A stretch of 64,000 nucleotides of DNA from an uncultured Holophagales bacterium (lineage in GTDB: Bacteria > Acidobacteriota > Thermoanaerobaculia > Multivoradales > UBA5704): contig CAWJGT010000034.1 of NCBI GenBank assembly GCA_963842525.1, forward strand, positions 256,001-320,000, read 5' to 3'. Of this stretch, positions 59,501-64,000 are shown in pieces; the stretch's first letter is position 1, and each line of letters begins with the position of its first letter. Both the position numbers and the translations under genes were made by a program. A model generated the notes under the pieces. It was not told where the DNA came from, did no database searches, and was given only the letters and a program-made list of their open reading frames with translations.

Positions 59501-62500
59501 AAGGTGGACCGCCGCGCGCTGCCGGCTCCCGAGGCGCTCGCGGCGGATCCCTCCGCCTACACCGCGCCCGGCACCCCGATCGAGCAGGTGGTTGCGGGGA
59601 TCTGGGCTGAGATGCTGCGGGTCGACCGGGTCGGCGCGGAGGCCAACTTCTTTGCGCTGGGCGGCGACTCGATCAAGGCGGTGCGCCTGGTCAATCGCAT
59701 CAACGAGCGGCTCGCCTCGGACCTGCGGGTCCAGGACGTCTTCAAGCACCAGACGGTCGGCGCCCTGGCCGCGCGGGTCCAGACCCGGGCGGAGAGCTCG
59801 GTCGCCGGAGAGCTCGCGGCCGGCCGGGCCGAGATCGAGCGGCTGCAGCGCGCGGTCCTGGCCGACGAGCGGCAGCGCGGGCGCCTGCCCGCCTTCTGGG
59901 AGGACTTCTTCCCGCTGAGCGGCATCGAGAAGGGGATGATCTACTACACCCTCCTCCTGCCCGATCAGCCGGTCTATCACGACCAGCACATGTACCTGTT
60001 GTCGATCCCCGACCCGGACCGCTTCTTCCGCGCCCTCGGCCTGCTCACCGGGCGCCACCCCATCCTGCGCAGCACGTTCCATCTCGACGAGCTCGATGAG
60101 CCGATGAAGGTGGTCCATCGGGCCGTACCGGTGACCCGCGAAGTCGAGGACCTCTCGGGCCGGCCGGCCGGCGAGCAGCGGCGCAGGATCGACGAATACC
60201 GGGCCGAAGACCTGCGCCACAAGTTCCTCTTCCAGGGAGAGCTGCTCTGGCGCCTCAAGCTCTTCCGCCTCGACGGCGATCTCCACGCCTCGGTCTGGAC
60301 CTGGCACCACGCCATCCTCGACGGCTGGAGCAACCTGACGTTCTGGCTGGACCTCAACGAGCTGCTGGCGCGAAAGGACCTCGACCGCCTCGACTCCGCG
60401 CCGCCGCTCGCGAGCAGCTACAAGGACTATCTGGCGATCACCCTGGGGAGGCGCCGCTCCGCGGCCACCGAGGCCTTCTGGCGCGAGACCCTCGCCGGCG
60501 TGAGCCGCAACAAGCTGCCCTTCAACCGGGCGCAGACCCACGGGGGGGCCACCTTCGGCATGCGGTCGCTCAACCGGCCCCTGTCCCCGGAGCTTCTGGG
60601 GAGCCTGCGCGGGCGGGTGGCTTCATTGCAGGCGCCGCTCCAGGCGCTCTTCCTGGCCGCTCACCTGCACCTGCTGCGTGTGACCTCCGGCGAGGAGGAC
60701 GTGGTCACGGGTGTGGTGTCGCACGACCGGCCCGAGATCCCGGACGGCGACAAGATCGTCGGCTGCTTCCTCAACACCTTCCCGCTCCGCCTGCGGCTGG
60801 AGCCCACCGAGAGCGGCGCGGCGCTGATCCGCCGGGTCGGACGCTACCTGGCCGCGGAGAAGGAACACGAGATCCCTCTGGCCGACATCGCCGCGATCGT
60901 CGGCGCCCGGGAGTCGGCCCAGAACCCGATCTTCGACACGCTGCTCAACTTCATGGACTTCCACCTCATGGAGGAGGTGCGGGAGAACGTCCTCTTCCAG
61001 CCCATGGGAACGGGGCGGTCCTCCGGTCTGCCGAGCGTCGAGCTCGAAGAGATGACGAACACCCTGTTCAACGTCGAGGTCTCGGTGACGTTGAGCCATC
61101 CGTCGCTCCGCATCAAGTACTCGCCGCGGCATTTCGACGCTGCGGACGTCGAGCGGGCGGCGGTGCTGTACGAGCGGATCCTGGAGGCTCTGGGCCGCGA
61201 CCTGGAGGCCCCACTGGACACCGGATCGCTGCTGTCACCGGCCGAGCGCGAGCAGCTCGTCCAGCTCTACAACGACACGGCCCGCGACTACCCGCGCGAG
61301 CGGCCGTTGCACAGCTTCTTCGAAGAGCAGGCGGCCCATCACCCCGAACGGACCGCCGTCGTTTCCGGCGGCCGGTCTCTGACCTACGGCGAGGTCGAGC
61401 AGCAGGCCAACCGGCTCGCCCGCCACCTGCTCGCCTGCGGCGTCCAGCCGGGCGACAACGTCGGCGTCTGCTTCGAGCGCTCGCCCGAGCTGGTCGTCGC
61501 CCTGATGGCCGTGCTCAAGGCCGCCGCGGCCTATGTGCCCCTGGAGCCGTCCTATCCGCCGGCCCGCAAGAGCTACATCGTGTGCCAGTCCGGCGTCCGG
61601 CTCCTCCTCGCCGACCGGGAGCACGAGCTGCCGGCCGAGGTGCTGGTCTTCGATCCCGCGAAGCTGGAGAGCTACAGCGACGATCTCCTGTCGCTGCGTC
61701 CGCGGCCGGAGGATCTGGCCTACACCATCTACACCTCGGGCTCCACCGGCACACCCAAGGGCGTGATGATCGAGCACAACAGCGCGGTCAACCTGATCGG
61801 GTGGGTCAACCGCGATTTCCCCGTGGGCCCCGGTTCCCGGGTGCTGATGCTCTCCTCGGTCTGCTTCGACCTGTCGGTCTACGACATCTTCGGCACCCTC
61901 GGGGCCGGCGCCACGGTGGTTATTGCACGGCAGGAGGAGGTCCAGGACCCGGCGGCCCTGCTGCGCCTGGTAACCGGGCAGAAGGTCACCTTCTGGAACT
62001 CCGTCCCCTCCACGCTCGGCCTCCTGGTGCAGTACCTGGAGGAGACCGATCCGGGCTTCCGCGGCGAGGACCTGCGGATCGCCTTCCTGAGCGGCGACTG
62101 GATTCCGCTGTCGCTGCCTGAGCGGGCTCGACGGTTTTTCCCCAACCTGCGGGTCATCAGCCTGGGCGGCGCCACCGAGGGCACCGTCTGGTCCATCTTC
62201 CATCCCGTCGAGAGGATCGACGAGGCCTGGCTGAGCATCCCCTACGGCAGGCCGCTGGACAACAACACCTTCTACGTCCTCGACAGGAGCCCCGGGCTGG
62301 TCCCGGCGGGTGTGGTGGGCGACCTCTATATCGGCGGCGTGGGCGTGGCCCGCGGCTATGCCGGAGATCCGGAGAAGACGGCGGCCTCCTACGTGCCAGA
62401 TCCGTTCTCGGGCCCTGGACAGCGGCTGTACCGCACGGGCGATCTGGGACGGATGCTGGCGGAAGGCGAGATCGAGTTCCTCGGTAGGAGCGACCACCAG

Positions 62501-64000
62501 GTCAAGATCCGCGGCTTCCGCGTCGAGCTGGGCGAGATCGAGAGCCAGCTCTCCCGGGCTCCCGGCGTGCGCGAGGCCGTGGTGCTGGCCCGCGCCGACC
62601 GGGCGGGACAAAAGTACCTGTGCGGCTACGTCGTCGCCTCCGGGGAGACCCCCGGCGAGGGATCAACCGGGGCGCTCCAGGCGCATCTGGCCGCGTCGCT
62701 GCCGGGCTACATGATCCCGGACACCTTCGTCTTCCTCTCCGAGCTGCCGCTGACGGCCAACGGCAAGATCGACCGCAAGGCCCTGCCCGAGCCCGAGGCG
62801 GCCCATGCCGCCGGTGAAGCCCATGTGGCCCCGGCCGGCGAGGTCGAGGCGGCCCTGGTGGAGATCTGGGAAGAGGTGCTGGGCCTGCCCGGCATCGGCA
62901 CCACAGCGGACTTCTTCGCCCTGGGAGGGCACTCCCTCTCGGCCATCCAGGTCCTGACCCGGGTGCGCCGCCGCTTCGAGGTCGATCTGCCCCTGCCCGA
63001 CTTCTTCGACAGCCCCACAGTGGCCGGGCTCGCCGCCGCTATCGAACGGCTGAGGGGGGCGGGCGCCGCGGCCCCGCCGCTCGTCCGGCGCGAACGGCCG
63101 GAGCGGCTGCCGCTGTCCTTCGCCCAGGAGCGGCTCTGGTTCCTCGACCGGCTCCAGCCGGGCAGCCCGTTCTACAACCTGCCCCTGGCCATGGAGGCGC
63201 ACGGCGCCCTGTCCGTGCCCGCGCTGGCTGCCAGCCTCGGCGAGGTCGTCCGCCGCCACGAGGTGTTGCGCACGTCCTTCCCCGTCATGGCTGGCAATCC
63301 GGTGCAGCTCATCGCACCCGCCCTCGACGTGGCGCCTCCGCTGGTGGATCTGGGCTCCTTGCCCGCGGAATCCATCACGGCCGAGGTGGGCCGGCTGACT
63401 CGCGCTTTCGCCGTCCTGTCCTTCAACCTCGCCGCCGGGCCCCTGCTGCGGACCGCCCTGCTGCGCCTCGCCCCGGAGCGCCACGTGGTGCTGGTCAACA
63501 TGCACCACATCATCACCGACGGCTGGTCCATGGCCCTGCTGATGCAGGAGGTTGCCGGGCTGTACCCGGCCGTCAGGAACGGCGAGCCCTCGCCGTTGCC
63601 CGAGCTGTCCGTCCAGTATGCCGACTTCGCCCTCTGGCAGCGCGCGGGGCTCTCGGGAGCGGCCCTGGAGGAGCAGGTCGGCTGGTGGCGCCGCAGCCTG
63701 GCCGGCGCTCCCTACGTGCTCGACCTTCCCACCGACCGGCCCCGGCCGGCCATCCAGAGCCTGCGCGGCGCCCACGCCTCCTCGTTCCTGCCCGCCGGCC
63801 TCGCGCGCGAGCTCCAGGACCTCTCCAAGCAGCAGGGCGTCACCTCCTTCATGACCCTGCTCGCGCTCTTCGGCGTGCTCCTGCACCGCTACACGGGGGT
63901 CGAGGATCTGCTGATCGGCTCGCCCATCGCCGGCCGCAACCACGCCGACGTCGAGCGCCTCATCGGGCTCTTCGTCAACACCCTCGTCCTGCGCGTCGAG
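56558..64000 (+). CDS. NRPS, 3'-truncated, two compensating frameshifts (~57137, ~57491): C-A(Ser)-T-C(modAA-like)-A(Cys)-T-C...
   Basis: ATG 56558 (MSIGTETPRSAAEKRELLARLL...LSFGQQRLW). After ~57493 the original frame is open to the window end, so the ORF track misses it. Hand translation gives FDVSVWELFW, GGDSIKA (~59660), WHHAILDGWS (~60302), FDLSVYDIFG (~61865), GGHSLSA (~62924) and HHIITDGWS (~63503). Confidence 0.9.
58040..59530 (+). other. Adenylation domain, predicted Ser (DVWHASLVDK)
   Basis: Hand translation: FDVSVWE, VMHFVPS, VAASGE, NLYGPTEASVD. Confidence 0.8.
59900..61200 (+). other. Condensation domain, modified-amino-acid (dehydrating) type
   Basis: Follows T GGDSIKA; EDFFPLSGIEKGMIYY...VYHDQ; WHHAILDGWS. 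Confidence 0.75.
61310..62795 (+). other. Adenylation domain, predicted Cys (DLYNFSLVWK)
   Basis: Hand translation: FDLSVYD, TFWNSVPS, AFLSGDW, SLGGATEGTVW. Confidence 0.8.

Noticed and set aside
33840-61200. Epimerization domains suggested by three GGDS carrier motifs
   Set aside because: No E-domain motifs or space for one follow these carriers; each is followed directly by a DCL-like or modAA-like C.

Overview
The whole 64 kb is an internal segment of one very large, co-oriented (+ strand), high-GC hybrid NRPS/cis-AT PKS assembly line. It holds six abutting or overlapping genes; the first and last are cut by the window edges. By motif reading it contains 15 NRPS modules, 3 PKS modules and a further C domain at the right edge. 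No TE, E or MT domains, RNA genes, mobile elements or CRISPR arrays are visible. Predicted order (inference from A-domain pocket residues read by eye): X - Pro-like(Asp235->Cys) - Val | side-chain-activated Aad/Glu - ketide(no KR) - Gly - Ser(+sulfotransferase) - Gly - Cys(thiazole) | ketide(KR+DH) - Gly | Gln(interface domain, possibly beta-hydroxylated) - aromatic | Thr(->Dhb) - Thr - ketide(KR) | Ser(->Dha) - Cys - ... The cluster is dense in rare features: an embedded sulfotransferase, a Lys2-like A domain feeding a PKS module, a Pro-type A domain without the conserved Asp, two GYSxG acyltransferases, a DH nested in a KR, an interface domain, two dehydrating-type C domains and a 21-bp tandem repeat in an A domain. 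I do not recognise the product, which could be a new sulfated, thiazole- and dehydroamino-acid-containing peptide-polyketide. Three single-base frameshifts are present and may be sequencing errors. Domain boundaries are approximate.
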